Assembly (NCBI RefSeq): GCF_006345805.1
Contig: NW_021825928.1
Location: 1 to 14,000 of the forward strand
DNA length: 14,000 nucleotides
Direction: 5' to 3'
Origin: Octopus sinensis
Taxonomy: Eukaryota
Shown here: positions 1 to 10,613 of the stretch, piece after piece
Layout of the letters: each line of letters opens with the position of its first letter
Numbering within the stretch: the stretch's first letter is position 1
Program-made: the position numbers and the translations under genes
The notes under the pieces: generated by a model
Databases searched by the model: none
Told to the model about the DNA's origin: nothing
The model's input: only the letters and a program-made list of their open reading frames with translations

Positions 1-222
1 GCGATCCACGTCTGCCTTTGGATGGTGCATCTTATTACAAGTCAGTAGCTTGCGGATTTTTCTGTCAATTTTCATTATTTCACTGGTATTCCAGTTAAGC
101 ACATTGAAGCTATAAGGAACAATTCAGACTGCTAAGGAATTTATGGCTAACACATTATATGCATTCAGGTCAGACTTCAGTATTGCTCGAACTCTTCTAT
201 AACATTCCTTCCTAATCTGCGC
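1..222 (-). mobile_element. 5'-truncated R4/Dong-like (RLE-type) non-LTR retrotransposon fragment, RT thumb region, runs off the window start
   Basis: Manual minus-strand translation: IRKECYRRVRAILKSDLNAYNVLAINSLAV*IVPYSFNVLNWNTSEIMKIDRKIRKLLTCNKMHHPKADVDR. This matches the recalled R4/Dong pattern (S-x-LN...N...AIN...Y-S-F...W...DRK-x-RK-x-L...HHPK-x-DVDR-LY). One in-frame stop; abuts a (TACA)/(CAAA) microsatellite. Confidence 0.75.
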
Positions 223-375
223 ATATACATACAAACAAACAAAAATACCCTTGAATAAGGTTAGAAACCGGCTCTTTCTCTATTGGCATGAAATCTTGAA
301 ATAAAACTTAACACTGACATACATACATATACAAGATTATACGACAAAAGAGCACAGACAATAATTTTTACTCAC

Positions 376-664
376 CGTTTAACCGTTCTAATTCATTTGA
401 CCAGGTCACAAATTTAGTGGTGTCGCCGCTCGAATAGATATACTTTTTCCACGATTGAGCTTGCTGTGCTTTTTGAAGCGGAACCGGTGATACAGATTTT
501 AAAATAAACAAGCTCATTGCCAATCCAGAATATAGGGGAATTTGTAGGTCGGACATTGTTAGGGTCGATACATCAACGTTGAACTCAGTTTTCGCTTTAC
601 TGCAATTCGTTTTCAGTATACCATTGCAAGCACTTTGGACGGTTGTCAATTGGGTGTTGGTTAC
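376..664 (-). CDS. Exon 2 (289 bp) of a secreted protein with a putative lysozyme-like domain
   Basis: Acceptor TTTGTCTTATGTTTCTGTAG|GTA at 665/664 (phase 0) and donor AAACG|GTGAGT at 376/375 (phase 1). Open frame VTNTQLTTVQSACNGILKTNCSKAKTEFNVDVSTLTMSDLQIPLYSGLAMSLFILKSVSPVPLQKAQQAQSWKKYIYSSGDTTKFVTWSNELERLN, in frame with exon 1. Confidence 0.85.
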
Positions 665-880
665 CTACAGAAACATAAGACAAAGATGTTTTTGTGCCAA
701 ACGGAGGAGTCTATCGGGCGTCATTAGATTACTCATTTTACCTTTAATAGGACAGATGTGTTCGTCCATAAAATCCTCCATAAATTATACTTGGAGAAAA
801 AAAATTCAAGATGGATGGTTGTGGATGGAAGATATGGCAAATGAAGGTTTACATTAGACAACAACACCAACAGCAAAAGA

Positions 881-991
881 CCCCTTTCGGTTTTGATAAA
901 TCAAGTACCGGTTGTGTACTAGGCTGGATCTAAGTCGACTGGACACCTCCCCCATAAATTTCAGGCCTTGTGCCTCTAGTGGAAAGGGTTA
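881..991 (+). mobile_element. 3' half of tRNA-derived SINE family A (Meta/MESC-like core)
   Basis: CCTTTCGGTTTTGATAAATCAAGTACC...GTCGACT...GCCTTGTGCCTCTAGTGGAAAGG aligns by eye with the central and 3' parts of the copies at 6904 and 13366. Confidence 0.6.
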
Positions 992-1120
992 TGGCATATA
1001 CAAGGACTTACGGGATCGAACTGCGCGATACTCTAAGGGTCTTTTGCTACGTAACCTCTCATCGACTCAATATCCTGCTTTTGCGTTTGGGTATGTTATA
1101 TATATATATATATATATATG

Positions 1121-1455
1121 GTGACCCCCTTCGGTCAGACACTGACCATGGGTTTGCACCTAGAGAGTTACCCTCTTAGGCACAAGTCTGGGCAAGGTTG
1201 TTTTATGGAAGACCAGCAGTCGCCCATGCATACCGGCCTCCCCTCTCCACGTCACCGATGTTATCCAAGGTAAAGGGAAAGGGGCCGATACAGCTTGGCA
1301 CCTGTGACGTCGCAACTCATTTCTACAGCTGAGTGAACTGGAGCAACGTGAAATAAAGTGTCTTGCTCAAGAACACAACACGCAGCCCGGTCCGGGATTC
1401 GAGCTCACAACCTCACGATCATAAGCTCGACGCTCTAACCACTGAGCCACGCGCC
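1121..1455 (-). mobile_element. Full-length tRNA-derived SINE (family B) inserted in a (TA)n array
   Basis: Minus-strand head GGCGCGTGGCTCAGTGGTTAGAGCG (A box) ... GAGCTCGAATCCC (B-box-like), then TTCTTGAGCAAGACACTT (V/CORE-like motif). (TA)n on both sides (1097-1119, 1461-1495). Confidence 0.8.
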
Positions 1456-1457
1456 TT

Positions 1458-1493
<36 letters not shown>

Positions 1494-1496
<3 letters not shown>

Positions 1497-1535
1497 TAGC
1501 TGAAGGTGACCCGCTCTACGCGACGCGCGGGTAAG
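1494..1535 (+). mobile_element. Possible Helitron-like 5' terminus fragment
   Basis: TACTAGC followed by an ACCCGC...GCGGGT hairpin, resembling invertebrate non-autonomous Helitron starts; no matching 3' end seen. Confidence 0.3.
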
Positions 1536-1570
1536 AGTGGGTGGTTGTTCTTCTGTTTTCTGCTTTCTTT

Positions 1571-1883
1571 CAGCACGTAAAAAGCACCATCCGAACGTGG
1601 CCGATTGCAGCGCCGCCTTGACTGGCTTCTATGCCAGTGGCACGTAAAAAGCACCAACCGATCGTTGCCGCTGCGAGCCCCCCTGGCACCTGTGCGGCGA
1701 AACGAAAAAAGCACCCACTACACTCACAGAGTAATTGGCGTTAGGAAGGTCATCCCACCTGTAGAAACACTGCCAGATCATACTGGAGCCTGGTGCAGCC
1801 TCCTGCCTTTCAGACCCCGTCAAACTGTCCAAACCGTGCTAGCACGGAAAACGGACGTAAACGATGATGATGATGATGATGAT
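1571..1883 (+). mobile_element. 3' part of a SINE-like retroposon (family D) with (GAT)n tail
   Basis: Three internal copies of (G)CACGTAAAAAGCACC-like motifs, then TTGGCGTTAGGAAGG..CATCC, ending GCTAGCACGGAAAACGGACGTAAAC(GAT)7. Confidence 0.65.
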
Positions 1884-2000
1884 TCTCCGTATTTGTCTTT
1901 CTCTCTCCTTTCTCTCTCACTTTCCCACTCTCTTACTTTTCTTTTCTCTCCGACTCTCCCTCGCTTTCTCTACTCTCTATCTTTATCTATCTCTCTCCCA
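1884..2000. repeat. CT-rich low-complexity tract
   Basis: Degenerate (CT)n/(CTTT)n. Confidence 0.7.
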
Positions 2001-2332
2001 TTATAAACACAAAAGATCTTGAGTAAGTTGGGAAATAAAATATTAGAAAGATCAATCATAAATCAGGCATGGCAACAGAAAGGTCTACGCTTCAAGGCAG
2101 ACAGCAAAACGCTAACATTTAAAAGGGACACGAACTTGCGAGCTGAATAAAAATAATGAAATATTGGAAAGCAAAGTTTGAAGGGATAGAATCTGAGGAT
2201 AGTAGAGTCACCATGATTGGCATTTCTTAACGACGGACAGCAACGTATTGACAGTTTAACGGTGAATTTTGGGAGATTTTTTTCCAAAATTTGTTCCTAT
2301 TGTGTTTTAAAACTTTGTAATTCTGACAAAAA

Positions 2333-2810
2333 ATGGATACGAATTTCATCATATCAAGCAGCGAGTCAGAATTCGAAGGATTTTCTACTGAAGACCTTGA
2401 TAAATCTAACTCTATGACTGAAAAAAAAAGCACGTGGTATTTGATAATGAATCTGATGTTTCATTTTCCGAAAGTGAAAACAGTGAATCCGAGAGCTCCA
2501 CAGCGATAAAGAAAATGAATTGGCACCTGAATGGAGTGAAAATTGAAAACTGTTTTTTCGGTGATTTTTCTGAAGAAACTGGAAAGCCACAGACTTTCCC
2601 AGGAGAGTAAAGCCTTAGACTATTTCTTTTTACTTTTTCGAATGAGCCTATTTGAAATCATTACGGCGGAAACGAACCGTTACGCTAAATGTAAACAAGC
2701 GAAAGAAAGGAAGAGAGTTAGTGGTTTCCCACAACCTTAAATGAAATAAGACTATTTTGCCATAAATATTATTATGGGTATCAGAAAGTTACCCAGAATA
2801 ACAAATTCTA
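2333..2810 (+). mobile_element. Decayed piggyBac (PGBD-like) transposase N-terminal fragment
   Basis: Frameshifted translation MDTNFIISSSESEFEGFSTEDL...DNESDVSFSESENSES...ALDYFFLLFRMSLFEIITAETNRYAK...PTTLNEIR...AINIIMGIRKLPRI. This matches the piggyBac N-terminal pattern (acidic tract; YF-x-LF...I-x-x-ETN-x-YA; TT-x-x-EI...MGI-x-KLP). Confidence 0.75.
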
Positions 2811-2879
2811 TCGTAAAATTTTGTTGTATACCAATTGAATATTAGCTAATAACCCATTTTCTATAGCGATGTTTGAACA

Positions 2880-3134
2880 AATTTTAATAATTTTATATTT
2901 TGTTGAATTTACCTGATCTACCTGCAATTAGAGTCACTTTGTGACAAAAATTATAGGTATAGAATTGGTGAGGAAACATTTCATCCAATTATCTTCCAAA
3001 AATCACATTAATATATGATAAATAAAAAAGTTATAGTTGTTTAATGAAACCAGACTAATTTATGATTAGTTAGAAATTAATTGAAACACATAAGGGGTGT
3101 ATTTTGGTCAGAAATATAGTAACGAAAGGGTTCA
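2880..3134 (+). mobile_element. Putative piggyBac-type right end
   Basis: Ends ...GTAACGAAAGGG|TTCA: a GGG terminus followed by a TTAA-like site with one mismatch. No left TIR found in the window. Confidence 0.4.
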
Positions 3135-3180
3135 TAGTGTGCATATTTTCAGCTGAACCGACCGACCACATAATGCACAC

Positions 3181-3182
3181 AT

Positions 3183-3248
<66 letters not shown>
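3181..3248. repeat. (TA)n(TG)n compound microsatellite
   Basis: Direct reading. Confidence 0.95.
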
Positions 3249-3251
<3 letters not shown>

Positions 3252-3784
3252 CACGCATTATATATACAAATTATATATATATATGTATAAATTAAATTAG
3301 AGATAAAACCACTATAGGCAAAAAAAAAACAAAAAAAAACATAAAAATAAAAATATAATATATAAAATATATAAAATTGAAAAATTTAAATTATTTAAAT
3401 TTAAAATAAAAATTATTAATTATATTTATAATTTGTTTAAAAAATATATAACTATCAAAAAGTATTAAAAAGTTTAATATACATAAATACAGATATATAC
3501 ACTTTGTATATATACATTATATATACATATTTATATATCGACACACACACACACACATATATAATGAACGAATTGAATATCTGATTCATAATATTTGTTC
3601 TCATGATTGTGTGTTGTTGGTAGCGATGATAATTCTCCCTATGAATGCAGACAGATACATCAAAGAAAACCGTCTGACGAACTTATAAAGGGAAAGTGAA
3701 AGGGAGTTGAGGGGAATACATTAATAACAGGAGTGGAATTCTCAAGTTATAAATGAAGGGGAGTAAGAGAGGGAAAGAGGAAAA

Positions 3785-3953
3785 TAGCGTGAGCGAAAAG
3801 ATGGCCCCCTAGCAACCACACCTTTCAAGCTAGGGATTTCTAAGGTAGCCCGCGGGCATCGTCACCTCATTCTACATGTCCCTGTAAATTTTGAGCGAAT
3901 CGGACGGGATGTAGTGGCATTGAAGCGATCCAAGCGGTAAAAACGCATTTCAG

Positions 3954-3958
<5 letters not shown>
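3785..3958 (-). mobile_element. Helitron/DINE-like non-autonomous fragment
   Basis: Minus strand starts TATATAAAAACTGAAATG and contains CCGATTCGCTCAAAATTT (compare CCGATTGCACTCAAATTTG in the 4763 element) and a CCCTAGC...GCTAGGG hairpin. Confidence 0.45.

Positions 3959-4007
<49 letters not shown>
3958..4007. repeat. (TA)n microsatellite
   Basis: Direct reading. Confidence 0.95.
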
Positions 4008-4012
<5 letters not shown>

Positions 4013-4062
4013 AAAAACAAGTCAAGACAGAAAATGCTAAAATAATTTTATAAAGAACATTT

Positions 4063-4099
4063 CAGTACTGGTTTCGGTCATTTGAGACCTTTTCAACTG
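4063..4099 (-). ncRNA. Minimal type I hammerhead ribozyme motif, U3-A8 variant
   Basis: Minus strand CAG-TTGAAAA-GGTC-TCAAAT-GACC-GAAA-CCAG-TA/CTG: stem I CAG/CTG, stem II GGTC/GACC, very short stem III, GUA cleavage triplet (predicted cut 4066/4065). Confidence 0.6.
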
Positions 4100-4167
4100 T
4101 AACAATTGAATAATTTAATTTAGAAAAATTAAAAGAAAAGTTTTTTTAAAAGAATATTTGTATGATA

Positions 4168-4575
4168 GGTGCAGGAGTGGCAGTGTGGTAAGTAGCTTGC
4201 TAACCAACCACATGGTTCCGGGTTCAGTCTCACTGCGTGGCACCTTGGGCAAGTGTCTTCTGCTGTAGCCTCGGGCCGACCAAAGCCTTGTGAGTGGATT
4301 TGGTAGAAGGAAACTGAAAGAATCCTGTCGTATATATGTATATATATATATGTGTGCGTGTGTGTTTGTGTGTGTGTTTGTCCCCCTAGCATTGCTTGAC
4401 AACCGATGCTGGTGTGTTTACGTCCCCGTTACTTAGCGGTTCGGCAAAAGAGACCGATAGAATAAGTACTGGGCTTACAAAGAATAAGTCTCGGGGTCGA
4501 TTTGCTCGATTAAAGGCGGTGCTCCAGCATGGCCGCAGTCAAATGACTGAAACAAGTAAAAGAGTAAAAGAGAGT
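4168..4575 (+). mobile_element. Full-length tRNA-derived SINE family C with internal microsatellite
   Basis: Head GGTGCAGGAGTGGCAGTGTGGTAAG...GGGTTCAGTCTC, CCTTGGGCAAGTGTCTT, internal (TA)/(TG) tract 4331-4380, 3' GCGGTGCTCCAGCATGGCCGCAG and (GAGTAAAA)n tail. Related copies at 7090, 7548, 7925, 9330 and 10707. Confidence 0.85.
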
Positions 4576-4692
4576 ATCCCTTAATAAGGTTTATAACCTG
4601 CATTTGAATATATTTATATATATATGAAAATATGTACATATATATATATACATATGTATGTGTATGTATGCGTAAGTATTCAAATGACTAAA

Positions 4693-4742
<50 letters not shown>

Positions 4743-4762
4743 TATATATATATATATATATA

Positions 4763-5781
<1,019 letters not shown>

Positions 5782-5963
5782 TATATATATAGTCTTTGTA
5801 GCTAAATATCTTGTAAATTCATAAAATACTTAAATTCACACTTACACATGTAAGGAATGCACATAGATGCATATGTGTCTGCGTATGCGTGCGTACGTGT
5901 GTGCATGTGTTTGATTGTGTGCGTTTGTGTATACGTGTGTATATGTACAAATCTGGTACTTAC

Positions 5964-6191
5964 CCTCCATATTCCACCAGTTGTTGCTGCGATAGAATTC
6001 ATCTGGGCCACTGCCAAGCGTCTCAGGAAATAATAATCTTGTGCCAGAATACAATTGTCTCGGATTTTTCTTATGGTTGCATCGATGGCAGCATTACTGG
6101 TTTCACCAGGTTTCAGGGTCAAATCTACGGCATAGATATCTCTGGCAATGCCAAGACAAATGGCCACAAACAGAAGATATTTGATGGTCAT
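5964..6191 (-). CDS. Exon 1 (76 codons, signal peptide) of a secreted putative lysozyme-like-fold protein
   Basis: GCCATGA start context; MTIKYLLFVAICLGIARDIYA reads as a signal peptide (likely cut IYA|VD); then ...FLRRLAVAQMNSIAATTGGIWR and donor AGG|GTAAGT at 5964/5963, phase 0, joining exon 2 in frame. Confidence 0.85.
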
Positions 6192-6260
6192 GGCTGGAAA
6201 CGTTTCCTTCTCTTCTCAAACGATAAAATTCAGACAGCAGCTCGCGATCCAAAGCTAATC

Positions 6261-6298
6261 GTTTGACAATCTTCCCCGAGTCTCACACCTTTATATAA
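6261..6298 (-). promoter_or_regulatory. Putative core promoter (TATA box plus Inr-like site) of the gene
   Basis: TATATAAAG on the minus strand at 6297-6289; TCAAAC (A at 6264) ~33 nt downstream, implying a ~70-nt 5' UTR. Confidence 0.55.
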
Positions 6299-6463
6299 CG
6301 AAAAGCTTTTCTAAGAAATACTGAGTAACAGGATATAGTCTCCCGAGGTAACAAAGAGGCATAAAAAGCCAATTGTATCATCGTATTTCATGTAATAGCA
6401 TGTTGTAATAATAACAACGATGATGATGATGACGAATAATCGGGGTCGAGATTATATCGAAAT

Positions 6464-6471
6464 CTGATTGG
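6464..6471 (-). promoter_or_regulatory. Possible CCAAT box
   Basis: CCAATCAG on the minus strand ~200 nt upstream of the inferred start site; a short motif that could be chance. Confidence 0.3.
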
Positions 6472-6903
6472 TTGGTGAAACAAACTGCGTCAACTATTGT
6501 ATAACACAGGTTCTCAAATTGAACAAAAAAAAAATGAATTTCAAAACTGATGATTTTTTAAGATAAGAAAAGGTGTTAAAGCAAATGTTCTTTTCTTCTT
6601 TTTCACATTTCCTTCGTCTCCCCTTTCTTCTCCCTTTCACTCTTACACCCCACTCTTACATTTTTTATAGTTATCTCGTTTTTCGCTGGTGGTGGTGGTG
6701 GTGGTGGTGGGGTGTCTACTAAAGTTTTCAATTTGAATTCGCTTTATGGAATCTTGTTAAATGTCGTCCAGTATTACACCGGCCAAGTTGTTTGCGTCAC
6801 GCCTCGGTGATTCAGAAGGAAAGGATCATCATCATCGCCATCACTATTACAATTAATACAGCTTTGTGCCTGTCGTAGAAAGGGTCATTATAATTATGAG
6901 AAA

Positions 6904-7070
6904 GGCGACGAGCTGGCAGAATGGTTAGCAGGCCGGACTAAATGTTCAGTGGCATTCATTATGGATTTACGACAAAGGTTCCAATTCAGCCAAGGTCGAC
7001 GTTGCCGTTCATCCTTTCTGGGGTTGAGGAAATAAGTATCAGTCATATACTGGGGTCGCTGTAATTCGGC
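6904..7070 (+). mobile_element. Diverged SINE family A copy
   Basis: GGCGACGAGCTGGCAGAATGGTTAGC head and GTTCATCCTTTCTGGGG..GAAATAAGTA core; aligns with 13366-13589. Confidence 0.7.
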
Positions 7071-7089
7071 GTCATTTCTTACCTAAATA

Positions 7090-7473
7090 GGAGCAGACAT
7101 GGCTGTGCGCTTAACGCGTTAACTTTGCAACCAGAGGTTATTGGGTTCAATCCCTCTGCAAGGCAAGTGTCTTCTTTTAGAGCCACGGGCCGATGAATGC
7201 CTTGAGGTAGGATTTGGTTGATGGAAACTGTGTGGAAGCCCGACGTTGATACATACATATATGGGTGTTTTCCTACCACTACGACGATCTGCTTCTCAAA
7301 CGGTGTTGGTCTGTTTACGTTCTCGTAACTGAGCAGTTCGGCAAAAGAAACCGATAGAATAAGTACCAGACTTTAAAACAAAAGATGGGGATTTGGGCCA
7401 ACATGTTCGGCAAAATCCTTCAAGACGGTGCTCCAGCATGGCCGTAGTCCAACAATTGAAACGAGTAAAAGAT
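7090..7473 (+). mobile_element. Old, diverged SINE family C-related copy
   Basis: Retains GCAAGTGTCTTCT, TTCGGCAAAAGAAACCGATAGAATAAGTAC and CGGTGCTCCAGCATGGCC. Confidence 0.7.
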
Positions 7474-7547
7474 GCTAATTCTCCTTTCTCTCTAACACGA
7501 CAGTCATTTGGTGTTGCGATTTCGATAATTAATACAATGCAGCTTTA

Positions 7548-7745
7548 ATCTTTTGCTGGTTTCAGTCATTAGAGTGCGACCATAATGGAGCACTACGTTG
7601 AAAAGATTTAGCCAAGCGAATCGATCCCAGAATTCCCCTTTTTTTAAACCTGATATTTATTCTAGCGGTTCCTTTTGCCAATCCGCTGAGACGCAGGAAC
7701 ATAAGCAAACCAAAACTACCGGTAGTGGGAGGTCAAAAACACACA
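7548..7745 (-). mobile_element. Old SINE family C-related 3' half, tail-to-tail with the 7090 copy
   Basis: TTTCAGTCATT..GACCATAATGGAGCAC...TTATTCTAGCGGTTCCTTTTGCC is a degenerate reverse complement of the family C 3' half. Confidence 0.6.
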
Positions 7746-7789
7746 CATAGATATACTTACATACATACATACATACACACATACTACAT

Positions 7790-7834
<45 letters not shown>

Positions 7835-7924
7835 ATATATATTATATATATATATATATACATACATACATACATACATATATATACATATATACATATA
7901 CATACATATATATACATATATATA
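7746..7924. repeat. Compound (TACA)/(CA)/(TA) microsatellite
   Basis: Direct reading. Confidence 0.9.
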
Positions 7925-8089
7925 GGCGCAGGAGTGGCTGTGTGGTAAGTAGCTTGCTTCCCAACCACATGGTTCCGGGTTCAGTCCCACTGCGTGGCAC
8001 CTTGGGCAAGTGTCTTCTACTATAGCCTCGGGCCGACCAAAGCCTTGTGAGTGGATTTGGTTGACGGAAACTGAAAGAAGCCCGTCGTA

Positions 8090-8130
<41 letters not shown>

Positions 8131-8356
8131 GTGTATATGTTTGTGTGTCTGTTTTTGTCCCCCCCCTCGCCATTGCTTGACAGCCGATGCTGGTGTGTTT
8201 AAGTCCCCGTAACTTAGCGGTTCAGCAAAAGAGACCGATAGAATAAGTACTGGGCTTACAAAGAATAACTCCCGGGGTCGATTTACTCGACTAAAAGGCG
8301 GTGCTCCAGCATGGCCGCAGTTAAAATGACTGAAACAAGTAAAAGAATAAAAGAGT
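7925..8356 (+). mobile_element. Full-length SINE family C copy
   Basis: Same layout as 4168-4575, with the internal microsatellite at ~8088-8150. Confidence 0.85.
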
Positions 8357-8604
8357 ATATATACCCACCCACCCACATAACTTGTCACCAACCTGGTCCC
8401 CAATTTTGATAAAGTGCGTTTCGTAAGACCTTGTGCCGAAAACCTGATACAAAGAGGTGCTTTGTTTCAGAACATACAACCTGCAGACTTTAGAAATTGC
8501 TGGCATTCGTTTTAATAATAGTGTAATTTATTGTTTGTTCCTTTGATAGAAGTTTATTCATCCGGTCGGCCTTTTCATGTAGGTTAAGCTAGTTCCATCC
8601 TTTC

Positions 8605-8607
<3 letters not shown>

Positions 8608-8660
<53 letters not shown>
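8608..8660. repeat. (TACA)n microsatellite
   Basis: Direct reading. Confidence 0.95.
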
Positions 8661-8684
8661 CAAGAGGTACCCAAAAGAAATGGG

Positions 8685-9214
8685 GATTAACCTAAATTTG
8701 AGACACCAGCAAAAGAAGAAATAAAGATAGACTTTTTTTCTATTCTAATGAAAAACGATTTTATTCACACAAATATGCAACCGAAGAGTTTAAAGTACCA
8801 GTAATGGATAAGGCTGTTGACTGGGAGAACACAAACATGGTTTAAACAGTAAGCTTGGCAGGAAAGAAACGGGCCTTTAAGCAGTACAAAAACAACAAAA
8901 AATGGAAGGTGCAGTTATGTACAGGCTGACGGAAGAAAAGCAGGACAAAAACGGCTTTATTGATTGCATTCTCACCTGGAATCGATTTTTGTAATTTTTT
9001 CAAGACTTGTACATGCCCTGATACCGTCGGTATCAACATATCAAATTTGAGCGCAATCGGATGGAGGATGCCCGAGATCCGAGAAGACACACAGACAGAC
9101 AGAACGGAATTTCATATAAGATATACATATATATATTATATATAATATATGTACTTTAGTCATTTAAATACTTACGCATACACATACATATGTATATATA
9201 TGTACTATTTTCAA

Positions 9215-9281
<67 letters not shown>

Positions 9282-9520
9282 ATATATAAATATATTCAAA
9301 TGCAGGTTTTAAACCTTATTAAGGGATACCTCTTTTACTCTTTTACTTGTTTCAGTCATTTGACTGCGGCCATGCTGGAGCAACCGCCTTTATCGAGCAA
9401 CTCGACCCCGAGACTTATTCTTTGTAAGCCCAGTACTTATTCTATCGGTCTCTTTTGCCGAACCGCTAAGTTACGGGGACATAAACACACCAGCATCGGT
9501 TGTCAAGCAATGCTAGGGGG
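8685..9520 (-). repeat. Right arm of the inverted duplication (includes SINE C 3' half 9330-9520)
   Basis: Reverse complement of 4380-5192 with scattered substitutions and different microsatellite lengths. Confidence 0.9.
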
Positions 9521-9532
9521 CTAAACACACAC

Positions 9533-9629
9533 ATCATCATCATCATTGTTCGATCGTGGTCGAGACAATGGAATTTACTATGCTACGTCAGACTTCACGG
9601 TCTATCATGACATTATAGAAGTCCTGTTG
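9533..9629 (-). mobile_element. Extremely 5'-truncated RTE-type LINE 3' end with (TGA)n tail
   Basis: Minus-strand translation QQDFYNVMIDREV*RSIVNSIVSTTIEQ** resembles the RTE ORF C-terminus (M-x-DR-x-x-WR); flanked by an identical 45-bp direct repeat (9473-9517, 9630-9674). Confidence 0.65.
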
Positions 9630-9734
9630 ACGGGGACATAAACACACCAGCATCGGTTGTCAAGCAATGCTAGGTGACAAACACAGACACACAAACATAC
9701 ACGCACACACACACACGCATACACACACACACAT

Positions 9735-9796
<62 letters not shown>

Positions 9797-9999
9797 AAGT
9801 AGACAAATGAATTATATTATTACGGATAATTCGAAAGATAACCGATACCTGGGTAGCAAACTCACACACAAAAAAGCACGGTTGAAGTTACGACCATAGG
9901 GCATAAAAACCGTGCCTTAGTGCGGAAATTGAAGTTTTTATATATTAAGTATAGGAAAGAATGGAGCTGAACGAAGATTTAACAAAATTCCTTTATTTT

Positions 10000-10085
10000 A
10001 TTTTCGACATATGTTTCGAAGTCTGCAAAGTCCCTAATTCCGAGTGAATAAGGAGTCCATTATGCAGCTTTCTCTTCAGGAAAAT
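10000..10085 (-). ncRNA. Intact minimal type I hammerhead ribozyme
   Basis: ATTTTC-CTGAAGA-GAAAGCTGCA...TGCAGACTTC-GAAA-CATATG-TC/GAAAAT: 6-bp stem I, canonical core, extended stem II, palindromic ACATATGT stem III, GUC triplet (predicted cut 10006/10005). Confidence 0.75.
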
Positions 10086-10530
10086 CCAGGAACTTAATTC
10101 TCCAACAAAATGCACAACAAGCTTTTCGACGACTGCTCACGAGGAGCCCATAAAGATAATGATAAATAATGTCTATTTATAGGGGTGACGCCAGATTGGT
10201 TGAAAGCAGGAGAAATTGTCCGTTGAAATAGTTCAAGGGTAGAATCAAGGAAGGAGAAGGAAAGTATAGGAAAATTAAAGTAAGGGAATGTATTCTGTAT
10301 GGCTGGTGTTTATATTTGATTTATTTTATGAATGAGTGCTCGTATGTATGAGTGTGTAAAATTGCCTTAATGTGTGTGTGCGTCTTTGAATGCGTGAATG
10401 TGTGTGTGGAAGGCAGAGAGAGAGAGATAGCAAGAATTACGGTCAAGAACTGAAAGACTGTGTCTGTGTGTTCGAATGTGAGCAGTCGTCGAAAAGCTTG
10501 TTGTGCATTTTGTTGGAGAATAAGTTCCTG

Positions 10531-10613
10531 GTTTTCCTGAAGAGAAAGCTGCATAATGGACTCCTTATTCACTCGGAATTAGGGACTTTGCAGACTCGAA
10601 AATATGTCGAATA
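10531..10613 (+). ncRNA. Mirror hammerhead copy with damaged stem III
   Basis: GTTTTC-CTGAAGA-GAAAGCTGCA...TGCAGACTC-GAAA-ATATG-TC/GAAT: the C15.2-G16.2 pair is lost and stem I is shortened. Confidence 0.5.

Noticed and set aside
241-300. TTGAATAAGGTTAGAAACCGG as a hammerhead
   Set aside because: The core lacks the 3-8 pair, and there is no stem II or NUH site.
579-857. 92-aa plus-strand ORF
   Set aside because: Antisense overlap of exon 2 and the intron end; no start context or recognisable motifs.
1380-1455. tRNA gene
   Set aside because: The tRNA-like A/B boxes are the head of a SINE and continue into the SINE body; the same holds for the other SINE heads.
1605-2006. 133-aa ORF with poly-Asp
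   Set aside because: Reads through a retroposon, its (GAT)n tail and a CT tract.
2563-2590. CTGAAGA...GAAA as a hammerhead
   Set aside because: Lies within piggyBac coding remnant; no stem II or stem I pairing.
3137-3180. GTGTGCAT/ATGCACAC inverted repeat
   Set aside because: Only 8 bp, next to microsatellite-like sequence; likely chance.
3674-3712. CTGACGA-ACTT...AAGT-GAAA hammerhead half
   Set aside because: Core and stem II are present but stems I and III cannot form; at most a relic.
5889-6266. 125-aa plus-strand ORF
   Set aside because: Antisense shadow of exon 1; the minus frame has the signal peptide, splice donor and promoter.
9876-9915. GCACGGTT/AACCGTGC hairpin next to the fold-back element
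   Set aside because: 8-bp stem with no ribozyme core or identifiable role.
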